64,000 nt of DNA from Schmidtea polychroa. Taxonomy: Eukaryota. The notes beneath the pieces were generated by a model. The model saw only the letters and a program-made list of their open reading frames with translations, had not been told where the DNA came from and made no database searches. Location of the stretch: the NCBI GenBank assembly GCA_044892525.1, contig CM097885.1, positions 235,724,001-235,788,000 of the forward strand. Direction: 5' to 3'. Shown one piece after another: positions 36,331-48,078 of this stretch (the stretch's first letter is position 1; every line of letters begins with the position of its first letter). Made by a program: the position numbers and the translations under genes.

Positions 36331-37741
36331 TTGACCCGGTGATCACTTTTGTGTCTCTTTTTCGAGGTTGGAACTTTTTTCTTTAGCTTTTCGGCTTCAT
36401 CAAAACTGGGTTTATCCTTCAGATTTGTCCAAATCTTCTCCATTACAACAAGGAGACTTAAAATTAATTACAAGATTGGGAAATGGATCCATTGGTTGCC
36501 CCATTGTTTATGATGGCTATCCTAATAAACCAACTCCTAATAAAGATAATGCCAATGGCAACAATACTGCAACAATCTCATCTAAATTTTCCAAGAAGGA
36601 AAACCTAAGAAAATAGTGGACAGAAGCGATAAATATCCCATTATATATTTATATAACTATATAAGAAACCATTAACAGATGAAGATTTATAATACAATTT
36701 TTTTGATTTAGCAATCCAATCCATTACAGTTACTGAAGATATTGGAATAAAAGTTAATTTATTCGAATTATCAAGAAAAATTACTTGTGTATATGAACCT
36801 AAGATTTTTTCGGCCTTGAAATATGTCAATATTATGCGTCAATAAACTTGGAAAGGGTAAGATTGTCATACTTGGCAAAAAATCATTAGACTATCAAAAT
36901 TTGGTTAATGAAGTTATCACTGACATCAAATTGTTGATTAATGAAACAAAGTTTCTAAGCATTTTACAAAGTCTTGTTCAAAGAAATTGCAAAATAAATG
37001 CACAATTTCGAATGGTTGATTGTGTGTATTGAAAATTAATATACGTTTATTCACTTAATTTCTAACTTAGAAAATATTCACATTATCATCCAATTTGATT
37101 ACTTTCTTTCTATTTTTAAAATTTGTTACTTTTAAAAAAACTGTTCCAAATTCTAATAACCAAGATGTGTGAACTCTATCCGGGTCTTTTGAAAGATCTG
37201 ATTTATTTGGCACCGGAAATTATTTCATTTCCGAATATGAATGGGAACTGGAATAGATCTCACTGTAGTGTTATTAGAAAACTTGAGAACCCTAGACCAG
37301 ATGTTCTCAAATGTCGAGCTAGGACCTAGACCATGAGTTGTTAGTTGTCATCGAACATTCAGCATATTCTTATAAATGTGAAGCATGTATGGAAAGACAG
37401 CAAAGTTATAATATCTGGGTATTAAGAAATGAGTTGAGAAAATTTTATTTCTTTTCAATTATTGATAATTAATAAATCTTTTCCAAAAAATTGCTTTGTA
37501 TTTTATTTTATCAACCTGTATTAGGAAATTACGTTTGATTGACCCGTATTAGGAAAATATTTGATACAAAGAATATACACTGCAGATGCAATAAGATTGC
37601 AAAACATGGTTCATATCGGTGACTTACAGAGTTTATACACACACATACGAGCCAAACACAGTTAATGCGCTTGATTCATGTTGCACACATATAAATGAAA
37701 ATCAAATGCATTTCAATTGTATGAATTTGACCGGTTGTACA

Positions 37742-38033
37742 TGTAAGGAGTTAGTAAACCTCTATATAAAATTATTATGGTTAAATGTAGAAGTGAGATC
37801 AGTTAGTAGAAATAATTATTTCTGTTAAATTTGTATATTTAAATTCTATATTAAATTATATCATATTATATTAAATTATATTAAATTAAATCAATTAAAT
37901 GTATGACCAGTAATTACATTAATATTAATAATTATCACGCCTCGGTGTTTAAATATTCTAGTAAACGGCTCAGTTTTGAAGTTGTTATAAAAATAAATGC
38001 TTGAAGAAGACTTGAATTTAATTGCGTCTAACA
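37742..38033 (+). repeat. 5' LTR
   Basis: TGTAAGG...CTAACA. One mismatch to the 3' copy over the shared ~284 bp. Confidence 0.95.
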
Positions 38034-39073
38034 TGGCGACCACGACCACGGATTTATTGATAAGCAGACTATTACCTGAGAAATTTCACAAAGGCGATGA
38101 TTTAGAAAATTTTATCAAGGATTGTCAAAGGTTTTTTGGCGCGACAAAAACAACAATTAGGATGCAAGTAATATTAACTACAACATTACTTGACAGATCG
38201 CTAATGGAAGATTATGAAGCAGCCGAAGGAAAAACTATGGAAGAGAAACTTCGATATGCATTTTCAAAACCGACATCATTAATGGATGATCTAAAAGAAG
38301 CTTTGAGTTATGAACAAGGATCAGATTCAGCCGAAACTTTTATAGAGAAAATTAAAAAGATGACAAAGAAATTAATAGCGCACAAATGGGATGAAGAAGA
38401 AATAGAAAAATGCCTGCTTACAAACTGTGTAAGAGATCGAGAAGTTAAAAAAGAGATCGAGATGAAAGATTTGAAAACATCAGAAGAAATAAAAGCGACA
38501 ATAAAGAAATTAGAAAAGGTAAACAAAATTATGGGCCATGTTAATGTTGTGAAGACTTCACCGGTTGTTCAAAACTACAGAAGCTACAGAGATGTTGCTC
38601 AAAGAGGAATGGTAAACGGAAATAATAATTTCAAGCAGCGAAACGTCAGTAACCGACAATTGGAATGCTGGACATGCAAGAAAATTGGTCATGTGAGTCG
38701 AGAATGCCAAATGAAAAAGAAAATTACGTGTTTTGCATGCGCAGTTGAAGGCCACGTACGGCGAGAATGTTCAACGATTCAATGCCAGAGATGTCACTTA
38801 CGTGGACATAAGGAGATTGACTGCTATACAAATTTGGAAAGAAGGAAGTTTCGAACTAATTCAAACATGAGAAACAATAATTATTATGCCCATCGAACCA
38901 CAAGCTATCAACAAAAGATCAACAATCCAAGAAGAACAATTGCAGCCATTGAACCTAATGATGAGACGATGCCATTGGAGTATTCAGACGATGCAGAAGA
39001 CAAATATGAGGAGATTCAGCACCCAAAAGTACATGCTTCGACACGGGAGGCAATGATCGGAGCAATATACTAG
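38033..39073 (+). CDS. gag: Gag with three CCHC zinc knuckles
   Basis: CWTCKKIGHVSREC, CFACAVEGHVRREC and CQRCHLRGHKEIDC. The ATG overlaps the LTR/PBS junction. Confidence 0.92.
   Translation: MATTTTDLLISRLLPEKFHKGDDLENFIKDCQRFFGATKTTIRMQVILTTTLLDRSLMEDYEAAEGKTMEEKLRYAFSKPTSLMDDLKEALSYEQGSDSAETFIEKIKKMTKKLIAHKWDEEEIEKCLLTNCVRDREVKKEIEMKDLKTSEEIKATIKKLEKVNKIMGHVNVVKTSPVVQNYRSYRDVAQRGMVNGNNNFKQRNVSNRQLECWTCKKIGHVSRECQMKKKITCFACAVEGHVRRECSTIQCQRCHLRGHKEIDCYTNLERRKFRTNSNMRNNNYYAHRTTSYQQKINNPRRTIAAIEPNDETMPLEYSDDAEDKYEEIQHPKVHASTREAMIGAIY
38034..38044 (+). promoter_or_regulatory. Primer-binding site, tRNA-Arg-like
   Basis: TGGCGACCACG directly after the LTR. Confidence 0.75.
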
Positions 39074-42000
39074 GTAATTTTGATATTGATGTAAATATTG
39101 GTCATAATAATTTTAATAATGTAAATAATCCTTATATATATAATAATGTAGAACCTTTATGTAATAATATTTGTAATTTTAAAAAGTTTCCTTTAAATAA
39201 TTTTAAATGTTATAGTTATTTTAATGCTGATCGATCTTTAATAAATAATAATAATAATAATCCTAAGAATCAAGAAGAGTATAGTAAAATTAAAGAAGCA
39301 GAATATAATAATAAAATAGTAAATGAAAAAGTTTATAAATTTATTAAGAAGGCAGAAGATAAATTAGAGAGAAATGAAATTGGGTGGATTAATGAAATAT
39401 CAGAGGAGCAAAATATTTTCACTAAAGATGAATGGAAACGACAGAAATTGAGTTATGACAAAATGCAAGGTAGACCGAGTACAACTCTTGAAATTCAGGG
39501 TTATAGAATGGAATGCTTACTAGATACAGGAGCAAGAGTAAATGTAATGGCAGAAGCAGTTGTGGAAAAATTAGTGAATGTGAAAATCATAAAAACAGAT
39601 GAGATGTTAAGATGTGCAAATGATAGTAAATTAGAGACAATCGGAAAAATATATATTGATGTTAGAATTGGTAATATGGAAAGAAAAATAACATTTATAA
39701 TAGTTAAAAATATTGTTCCAGATATAATAGGCGGAGTGGAATTGCAGAAAGAGTTTGGAATTGAATTAAACTACATCAAGCAAAATGAAGAAGGATATAA
39801 TGAATTTGTATGTGAAATAGAAGCTAGATTTGGGGAAAAGATTACAGATAACGAGAGATGTCAAAGAGCAATAGAAATTCTAAGATTAAACGAAAATAAA
39901 AGACTGTTAGAGATTGTTAAAAACAATAAAAGTGTTTTTATGGCTAATAACTGGGATATCGGATGTACTGATTTAATTGCACATAAAATCATCACAAAAG
40001 AAGGGCCAATTATGATAAAACCCAGAAGACAACCCATCAATTTAGAGGAGAAAATAAATGCTGCTATAAAAAATTTAGAAAATAATGATATCATAAGAAG
40101 ATGTAATTCACCTTGGAATACGCCGTTAGTATGCGTGTGGAAAAAAGACAAAAAAGATATCAGACTTTGTTTAGATTTTAGACAGCTTAATAAGATTACT
40201 GAAAGACAAGCTTTTCCTATGCCGAATGTAGAAGAAATTCTAGATACATTACATGGATCTAAGTACTTTAGTTCTATAGACCTTGGGAACGCTTATTATC
40301 AGGTGAAGTTGGACATAGAATCGCAAGAAAAGACAGCATTTTCTACTAAAGAAGGACAATTTTGTTTTAATAGAATGCCTTCTGGCATTGCGGCGGCACC
40401 GGCTACATTCCAAGAATTAATGACAAAAATATTGAAAGATCTATGGAAAGAAGGAGTTATGGTGTATTTAGACGATATTTTAATTTTTACAAGAACAATT
40501 GAAGAACATTACAATGTGTTTGGAAAAGTTCTAGAGAAAATAAGGGAAGCTAAATTGAGAATCAACCCAGAAAAATGTCAGTTATTAAAGAGCGAAGTAA
40601 AGTTTTTAGGGCACATTATTAACAGTCAGGGGATTCGGACAGATCAAAGTAAAATTGAGGCTATTAAATCATTTCAGAGGCCTAAGTGTATAAAGAATTT
40701 GAGAAGCTTTTTAGGTATATGTAACTATTATCGGAGATTTATTAAGGAATATGCAACAAAATCAAGAGCGCTAGAAAGCATATGTGGAAGCAATAGTGAA
40801 AAAATAATCTGGACTGAGGAATGTGAGAAAGCTTTCGAAGAAATGAAAATGGCGTTGACTACAGCGCCAATTCTCGTATTTCCAGATTTCAAGAAAGAAT
40901 TCATATTAGATACAGACGCAAGCTTTGATACAATTGGAGCTGTATTATCACAAAGAGATGAAATGGGGCATGAACACGTTATTGCATATGGATCCCATGC
41001 AATGAGTAGCCATGAAAGAGGATATTGTATAACACGAAAAGAGCTTTTGGCTATATATTATTTCTGTCGCCATTTCAACCATTATTTATACGGTAAACGG
41101 TTTGTTTTGCGCACTGATCATAAAGCAATAACTTTTATGTTAACGACAAAGAAGCCGATAACAGCACAGTTCCAAACGTGGATAAATTACTTGAGCAGTT
41201 TAGACATAAAAATGGAGTTCAGAAAAGGTACGGCGCATACGAATGCAGATATGCTGTCTAGAAATACATGCGGCAAATGTGTACAATGTTTGATGGACCA
41301 TGATAACCCCAATTCAGGGCGATTAAAAACTAGATTGTTAACATTGATGACCGAAAATAATGGAAATGAATGGCAAAGAGATAATGCAGAAATACAAGAT
41401 ATAAAAGATCAAATAAATGAAAGGAAAAATAATAAATATATATTAAAAGGAAATATTATCTATACCAATCAAAACAAAATATGGATACCAGAAACAAAAA
41501 GACGAGAAATGATTAAGGAAACACATTTATTATTATGCCACGCAGGAGTAGAAAAAGTTATGAAATATATTAGGAACAATTTTGATATGGAAGATTTGCT
41601 AAATGAAGTAAAAGAGACTATTTCAATATGTGAAGCATGCCAGAAAAACAAAGTTTTAACTACAAAGTCAAAAGAAAAGACCCAAGTAATTCAAGCTTCA
41701 GAACCTATGGAGAAAATATACATGGATATTTGCGGTCCATTAAGAGAAACCTTCAGAGGAGAAAAATATATTTGTGCAATAATCGATCATTACAGTAAAT
41801 ACATATCTCTAACTCCTATTAGAAAGCAAGATGAAAATACGATAAAGGCAGTTTTGTTAAATAATTGGATATTGAAATTTGGAGCCCCTAAGGAACTACA
41901 TGTTGATTGTGGAAAAAAATTTCGAAGCAAGTAGCATTAAAGAACTAGCAAAGGCAGCAGGAATTGAGTTGATATTTTCGAGTCCGTATCATCATAATAC

Positions 42001-42514
42001 TAATGGTGTAATTGAAAGACAATTTCGTACTATAAGAGACTATATTAACGCGTCACTCAGAGAAGGAGTTAAAAAAAGCTGGGCAGAATTAATACCTGAT
42101 ATAGAATACGTTTTAAATGCGACAGCTCAAAAAACTACTGGAGTGAGTCCAGCAGAAATTATTTTTGGAAGAAAGATTAATAGATCGCAATGGCATAGTA
42201 ATAATGAAGTGGATAGAAATGAAATCATGCGGAAATTAGAGGCTAAAAGACAGCAAGCGAAAGAAATTGGCACAACTAGGAACTTAGAAGTGGGGGACAA
42301 AGTATTGGTGAAACAAGAAATTAGAAACAAAGATCACGAGAGATATGAAGGACCATACACAGTAATAAAACGAAATCATGAAAGAAGTTATTTATTAACA
42401 GACGAAAACGGAAGAAAAATAACGAGGAATATAGAAAAGTTAAAACATTTTAAAGAAGTTAGTAAACCTCTATATAAAATTATTATGGTTAAATGTAGAA
42501 GTGAGATCGGTTAG
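39010..42514 (+). CDS. pol: Pol (PR-RT-RNase H-IN) with a single 1-nt frameshift near 41915
   Basis: LLDTGA, LCLDFRQLN, YLDD, DTDAS, HLLLCH..CEAC, MDICGP, HVDCG, NGVIER and EGPY. A seven-A run in GGAAAAAAATTTC breaks the integrase frame. Confidence 0.93.
39022..39064 (+). promoter_or_regulatory. Candidate -1 ribosomal frameshift signal
   Basis: C CCA AAA in gag phase, 5-nt spacer, then stem TGCTTCGA (39034-41) / TCGGAGCA (39057-64). The pol frame is -1 and open from 39010. Confidence 0.7.
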
Positions 42515-42741
42515 TAGAAATAATTATTTCTGTTAAATTTGTATATTTAAATTCTATATTAAATTATATCATATTATATTAAATTATATTAAATTAAATC
42601 AATTAAATGTATGACCAGTAATTACATTAATATTAATAATTATCACGCCTCGGTGTTTAAATATTCTAGTAAACGGCTCAGTTTTGAAGTTGTTATAAAA
42701 ATAAATGCTTGAAGAAGACTTGAATTTAATTGCGTCTAACA
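42457..42741 (+). repeat. 3' LTR missing its first ~7 nt and the polypurine tract
   Basis: Integrase KLKHFKE runs directly into AGTTAGTAAACC. Confidence 0.92.
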
Positions 42742-43515
42742 GTACACATAAATTTTCAAGTATAAATACGAGCACAAATTGAGTAATTATCATTATTTAA
42801 AGATTCAATCAGTTTTTAGCTTGTAGTAAGAAGTAAAGATGATTCCAAGAAAATCAAAAATGTTCAACTGAAGAAAGAAAGTGATGTCTAGCCTGTTCAA
42901 ATGTTTCAAAACCACCAAATGTTTTTCTTGATAAAGTAAATATTATATAAATTTGCAAATCCAGTCAAATTGTTAAAGTCGCCATATTCAAACCTTAAGT
43001 TATCAGAACTGGAAATAAGGGCAGATCCATATTCAGAATTTTGAAAAATAAGTACATTAATTAACATTCAACAATGAGGACCATATTGAAAAGAGTATCA
43101 AAAGATCAATAATCCCAGAAATAAATTGAAAATGATAAAGCCACATAAAATCTTCTATTGACAGCCATGAACTCGAAAGTGAGAATGCAATGAGGAGTAG
43201 TTCTAGAAATGGAGCTCACCTGCTCATTGATTTTTAGCCATTTTATACATTATCGACATATCTGTAACTATGGGTGGACAAATCGTAGAAATATAATAGT
43301 CATGATATCGTTTAGGGAAGAGTTGATAATAAATTCATCAGCGACCTTAGAACATTTAAATAACATAGACCTAAGTGCCAACATGATGTTTTGGACTTAG
43401 GCGGATTTACTTGTTTTGCCACTGAAACACGATAAGAAAAATAAAAATTTTCGATATTATTTGTATATTTGTTTGTCAATTTAATATATATTTATGAATT
43501 ATTTAGTAGAAATAC

Positions 43516-44132
43516 GGTGTTAGGAAGAAATTACATAAGACGAAATTACATAGGAAGAAATTACATAGGAAGAAATTACATAAGAAAAAATTACATAAGA
43601 CGAAATTACATAGAGAAGAAATTACATAAGACGAAATTACATAGGAAGAAATTACATAAGAAAAAATTACACAAAAAAAATTACACAGAATTAGTATTTA
43701 TTTAAATTTATTATTTAAATTTATTTTAAATTTATTGTTTTTAATTAAGCATAATATAAAATTTGTAGTTTCTTTATAAATATTATTAATTATAATTTTT
43801 CGTCTTATGTAATTTCATCATGTAACCAATAATGGTTGAGTGTGACCAATACCCTTACGACCAGTACCCTTATGACCAGTACCTTTAAGGGGTCAAAACA
43901 TTCTGTCGGATAAACTCCGAGTATATATAATAGAACGAATCAACAATAACTATTTATTTAATGCAATTTTTACTTTGCAATAATAATTTTGTGTAATTCT
44001 TTCTTATGTAATTTCTTCTCTATGTAATTTCGTCTTATGTAATTTCGTCTTATGTAATTTTTTCTTATGTAATTTTTTCTTATGTAATTTCTTCCTATGT
44101 AATTTCGTCTTATGTAATTTCATCATGTAACC
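43516..44132. mobile_element. Foldback/Mutator-type MITE with TIRs built of ~15-bp tandem repeats
   Basis: GAAATTACATAAGAC-type arrays in inverted orientation, GGT...ACC termini, and a perfect 9-bp TSD TAGAAATAC at 43507-15 and 44133-41. Confidence 0.9.
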
Positions 44133-44148
44133 TAGAAATACATATTTG

Positions 44149-45071
44149 TGTTAAGGATACCTAAATGATAAATAGCATAATAAATAAATAAATTACCTGG
44201 GGGAAGATCGTCATGACAAACGTGACAATCTATGGGAACTCAGAAAAGAAAACGAAAGTAAAAAGAAATAAAAAATGAGAAAGATAAATCAAATAAAAGG
44301 AAACAAACAAGAAATTAAAACAAAGATCATTGTTATTTAAGAAGTACAAATAAAAAAAACAAAAATTGGGAAAAAGCCGTATCTTGACAGCTTATCAAAG
44401 ATAGCGGAATTCCCGGAAAAAGACGGCTTAACAAAAAAATGAAAAGGAAAAATATCTCAACATTTGTCAGAGATAAGACTGAAGTAGCGGGGAATACAGA
44501 TGAAAATGAAAATGGAAAAACAAAATCTGTCTCCAGTGCCACAAATAAAACAAACTAGGTAAAGTTAAAATTGGTGGACACAAATTCAGACAAATTTGGG
44601 AGACAAAATTAGAGACAAAATTAGACAAAGTCGGACGAAACGTTATTTAAGAAACGATTTGTGAAAAATAATTGTAAAGAAAATAATTGTGAAGAATAAT
44701 TATTAGAGAAGATTTGAAGAAAAGAATTAGTTGATAAATTAAACGAAAAGAATTCACTCGAGTATTTGAATATAGCTGTGAAGAAGGTCAAAGAAAACAA
44801 CCAGCTCAAAGTCCCAGTTGATAAACCAATCAGTAATTAGTGATTTTTCAATCCGGTGTTATACACAAGTGCTATTCCTCACTGGGTGTTGTAATAAGCA
44901 TAGTATAGTCATTAAGCAGAGTGTTGAATTGATTGTCAGTGTAAAGTGAAAGTTATTTGTGATTATCAAGGAAGATTTCTGTTGTCAAGTGTTATTTGTG
45001 GATCAGTCAAAAACACAATTGGAGTCAGATTAAGAAATTTAAATTTTTATCACCAACCCAATAACCCAACA
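44149..45071 (+). mobile_element. Solo LTR related to 28604-29260
   Basis: Shared blocks GAAAATGGAAAA..AA.CTGTC.CCAGTGCCACAAAT and GGAGTCAGA...CACCAACC.AATAACCCAACA. Flanks TTTG / GTTG. Start inferred. Confidence 0.65.
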
Positions 45072-45568
45072 GTTGGTTCGAATATCATTTCACAAATTCT
45101 TAGTAAAAAAACATGATTATTTGGGTATTATTACAATATTCTATGAATTTGAATAAACCGGGAAAATAATGTATCCTTAGGGAAATTTTATATGAACATG
45201 AAAATATTTCTTGATTTAGCTTTTAATGGGAATAGTTTAATGAATAACTAATAAAAATATTAGGTTTACAATATTTGGTTAATTCTGGGTACTCGTTTCT
45301 TTGTGCGCACAACCATTTTCTGCCTAATTGCAGACGCGAGCAGTTGAGCTTGTAATTGGGTATGTGCATGTGTGTCGAATAAGTAAATTATTCGAATTTT
45401 TTGAAAGTTTAATTTTTTCTTGTGAATCTCCTGGAATCATCGATTTGAATATGCCTGATTTGTTTGGATTTTTTGGGGATTTTCTAATTTCTATGGTTCA
45501 AGAAATATGTTTTCTAACGTTAAATTGTTTTGAAGAATAATTATTTTGTTGAAGAATAATTTAATAAA

Positions 45569-46140
45569 ATGTTTCATGATATTATTGCCTTGGTAATTGG
45601 CAATGGATTTGCTATGCACAAAGCCGGATTTGCAAGTGAGGATGCTACAAGAGGTGCTTTCTCATATATTATCGAAGTATCTCATCATCAAGGTGTTATG
45701 ATTGGAATGAGCCAAAACGATAACTACATGAGCGATGAACCTCAATTCAAAAGAGATATTTTGATGATAAAAAATCTCATTGAACATGGTATTGTTACTT
45801 ACTGGGATATGAGAAAAATCTGGCATCATACATTTTACAATGAATTGAGAATGGCGTCAGAGTTATAAGTTATAAATTATCCAGTTCTTATTTCAATGGC
45901 GTCACTGAATTCAAAAGCTAACAAAAAGAAGGCTCAAATCATGTTTAAAACATTCAATGCTCTTGCTATGGCATGACACTAAACAAGCTGTTCTGTGACT
46001 TTTTAGGCTTCATGAAGAACTACCTGCATTGTTTTTGACTCTGGAAATGGTTTACCACGCACTATGCCAATTTATGAAGATTATGTCTTGCCTCATGTAA
46101 TTTGCAGAATGGATTTTGCAGATTATTTGATGAAAATTAA
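45569..46140 (+). pseudogene. Degenerate intronless actin pseudogene (5' half)
   Basis: [70 protein letters not shown] and DYLMKI, with stops. Confidence 0.92.
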
Positions 46141-46338
46141 ACAATATTAAATCTATTTGTTTTAATATTCTAAAATTCTAGAATTTCCTTTATAATTATT
46201 AATATTTTCTTTACAATAGGTAATATTCTTGTATAATAATAATAGAAAAGAGTTCGAAGACTATAAATCAGTAAAGATTTATATTCTTCAAACTCTCTTT
46301 TCAATTCAATGGATAAAATAATCAGTGGTGAAATTGGA

Positions 46339-46504
46339 NNNNNNNNNNNNNNNNNNNNNNNNNNNNNNNNNNNNNNNNNNNNNNNNNNNNNNNNNNNNNN
46401 NNNNNNNNNNNNNNNNNNNNNNNNNNNNNNNNNNNNNNNNNNNNNNNNNNNNNNNNNNNNNNNNNNNNNNNNNNNNNNNNNNNNNNNNNNNNNNNNNNNN
46501 NNNN
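46339..46504. other. Assembly gap (N run)
   Basis: Run of N. Confidence 1.
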
Positions 46505-46751
46505 GCCTGTTGGTCGAAGAAGCAAAGAGAAGCTCGGATAATCAGGCGAAAAGTGATCAGAAAAAGAAATATCGTAATTTGAAAAAAGTTTAATCCTCGT
46601 ACCAGAAAAGGTTCAAAAGGTGCAAATATAGTAACAAATTGTAATTTGATTGAAATTGAATAAAGTTATTCTGTGTTCGGTTTCGATTTATTTGTTTGAA
46701 TAAGAACGCAAGGAGTCATTGGGAACCGACTTGAAAAATAAAATCCCAACA
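46505..46751 (+). repeat. 3' part of another LTR of the ...CCCAACA type
   Basis: GGAGTCA...AATCCCAACA followed by CTGGTAT. The 5' part is hidden in the gap. Confidence 0.4.
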
Positions 46752-46970
46752 CTGGTATAGCTAAGTTGGAAACAAACATTCTGAAAACAATTGTTATTAT
46801 TAATTATGGTAGTAAATCACGTGAATTTTAACAAGCAAAATCTAGTAAACATAACAATTTCCTGATAAATTAAAGTAGAATAATATTCCGGAATTCCGCA
46901 TTTATTTCCAATTGCGTCATCAAATGTATATTTATACAAAACGCAAATAAGAATTTCAGTGAACCTACAA

Positions 46971-47690
46971 ATGAATTTTTCATACAAAAGATTATCTCAA
47001 GGATATTCTGAAGATCCCATTACGACTTGTGCAATTTGTCAAAAGAATATTAATCCCAATAATAGGTTACGACTTCCCAACTGCAATCATGAGTATCATT
47101 TTAACTGTCTTTTCATTCATAATTTTGATAAACAATCTGTGTGTCCCATTTGTCATGAACCGTATGATAAAACGGAATTTATTGGAAATGAAAATATACA
47201 TTCAAGAGTTGTAGTGAAAAGTTACATTTATGATTATCGAATTGGTCTCAGCCATTATGTCAATGACGAACAAAAAGGATATTCTTTTATGATCGGCCTG
47301 TACCGACCAGTGTATCCATTTGTTTTTACAATCACCGTCAACAGTACCAAGCATAATTGGAATTTATATTGTAAAAGTAAATACAAAACTTTTGTCATCA
47401 GTCAGGAGAATGAAAAGATATTAAACTCATTGCAGAGCGATTCAAGAAATACATTATATGAATACAATTTGAAGCCTGTTGTAAAAGAAAAACAAATCAA
47501 AGAAATCAACGCTCGTGTTCTCATGTCAGGAGAATTTGTTATATTGGGAGAAATTTTGTTAAATGACGGATTGAACGAAGCCGATATTCCCGGAATGTCA
47601 GAGATGGAATCAGTGGGAAAGCATATTTCGAATCCTAAATTGGGTGTTCTTCCACAAACAAGTTTATCAAAAATGAAACTGTTGAAATAA
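46971..47690 (+). CDS. RING-H2 protein, copy 2 (239 aa)
   Basis: 12 aa differences from copy 1 by manual count. Intact ORF. Confidence 0.85.
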   Translation: MNFSYKRLSQGYSEDPITTCAICQKNINPNNRLRLPNCNHEYHFNCLFIHNFDKQSVCPICHEPYDKTEFIGNENIHSRVVVKSYIYDYRIGLSHYVNDEQKGYSFMIGLYRPVYPFVFTITVNSTKHNWNLYCKSKYKTFVISQENEKILNSLQSDSRNTLYEYNLKPVVKEKQIKEINARVLMSGEFVILGEILLNDGLNEADIPGMSEMESVGKHISNPKLGVLPQTSLSKMKLLK

Positions 47691-48078
47691 TTTACCTTTT
47701 CTCCTAGCAATAATTTCTGTGAAAGGAAAGATGATATATAATTTATGTCAACGTGAGGACGATTTGATATAAGCTTTCTTGTATATTAAAAACTTTCTGG
47801 AAAAAAATTGAAAAAAACTATGGTATCAATCTTTTTAAAATCTTCAAATCATGTTCAATACTTTCAATTTCATTAATAAATTTTTTTAATTTGGAAGAAG
47901 TGGTTAATCCTGACTACTTGTGTTTGTGTGAGCACTTCTTCTTGCCTGTGTGCAAACGCGAGTATTCGAATTTTGCTGTTTTATTAGTTTTCGAGTTCTA
48001 CAATTTATAATTTATCGATTCTTCTGGAATTGATTATGTAGAATTTTATGATTGTTTAAAAGTTTTTCGATTTCTAAT

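Larger units (their letters stand above)
34448..36830 (-). mobile_element. Polinton/Maverick remnant
   Basis: Polinton-type integrase with chromodomain, directly followed by a PX-like gene. Short hydrophobic ORF (LLPLALSLLG) upstream. Confidence 0.82.
37742..42741 (+). mobile_element. Near full-length young Ty3/gypsy LTR retrotransposon
   Basis: 5-bp TSD GTACA at 37737-37741 and 42742-42746. 292-bp 5' LTR (TG...CA). PBS, gag and pol present. Confidence 0.97.

Noticed and set aside
43100-43300. Minus-strand CILTFEFMAVNRRFY resembling a GPCR TM3/DRY region
   Set aside because: A single short motif among stops, insufficient support.
43469-43705. ORF with RNYI repeats
   Set aside because: It is a translation of the 15-bp tandem array in the foldback MITE TIR.
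46309-46593. ORFs spanning the first N gap
   Set aside because: Artefacts of undetermined bases.
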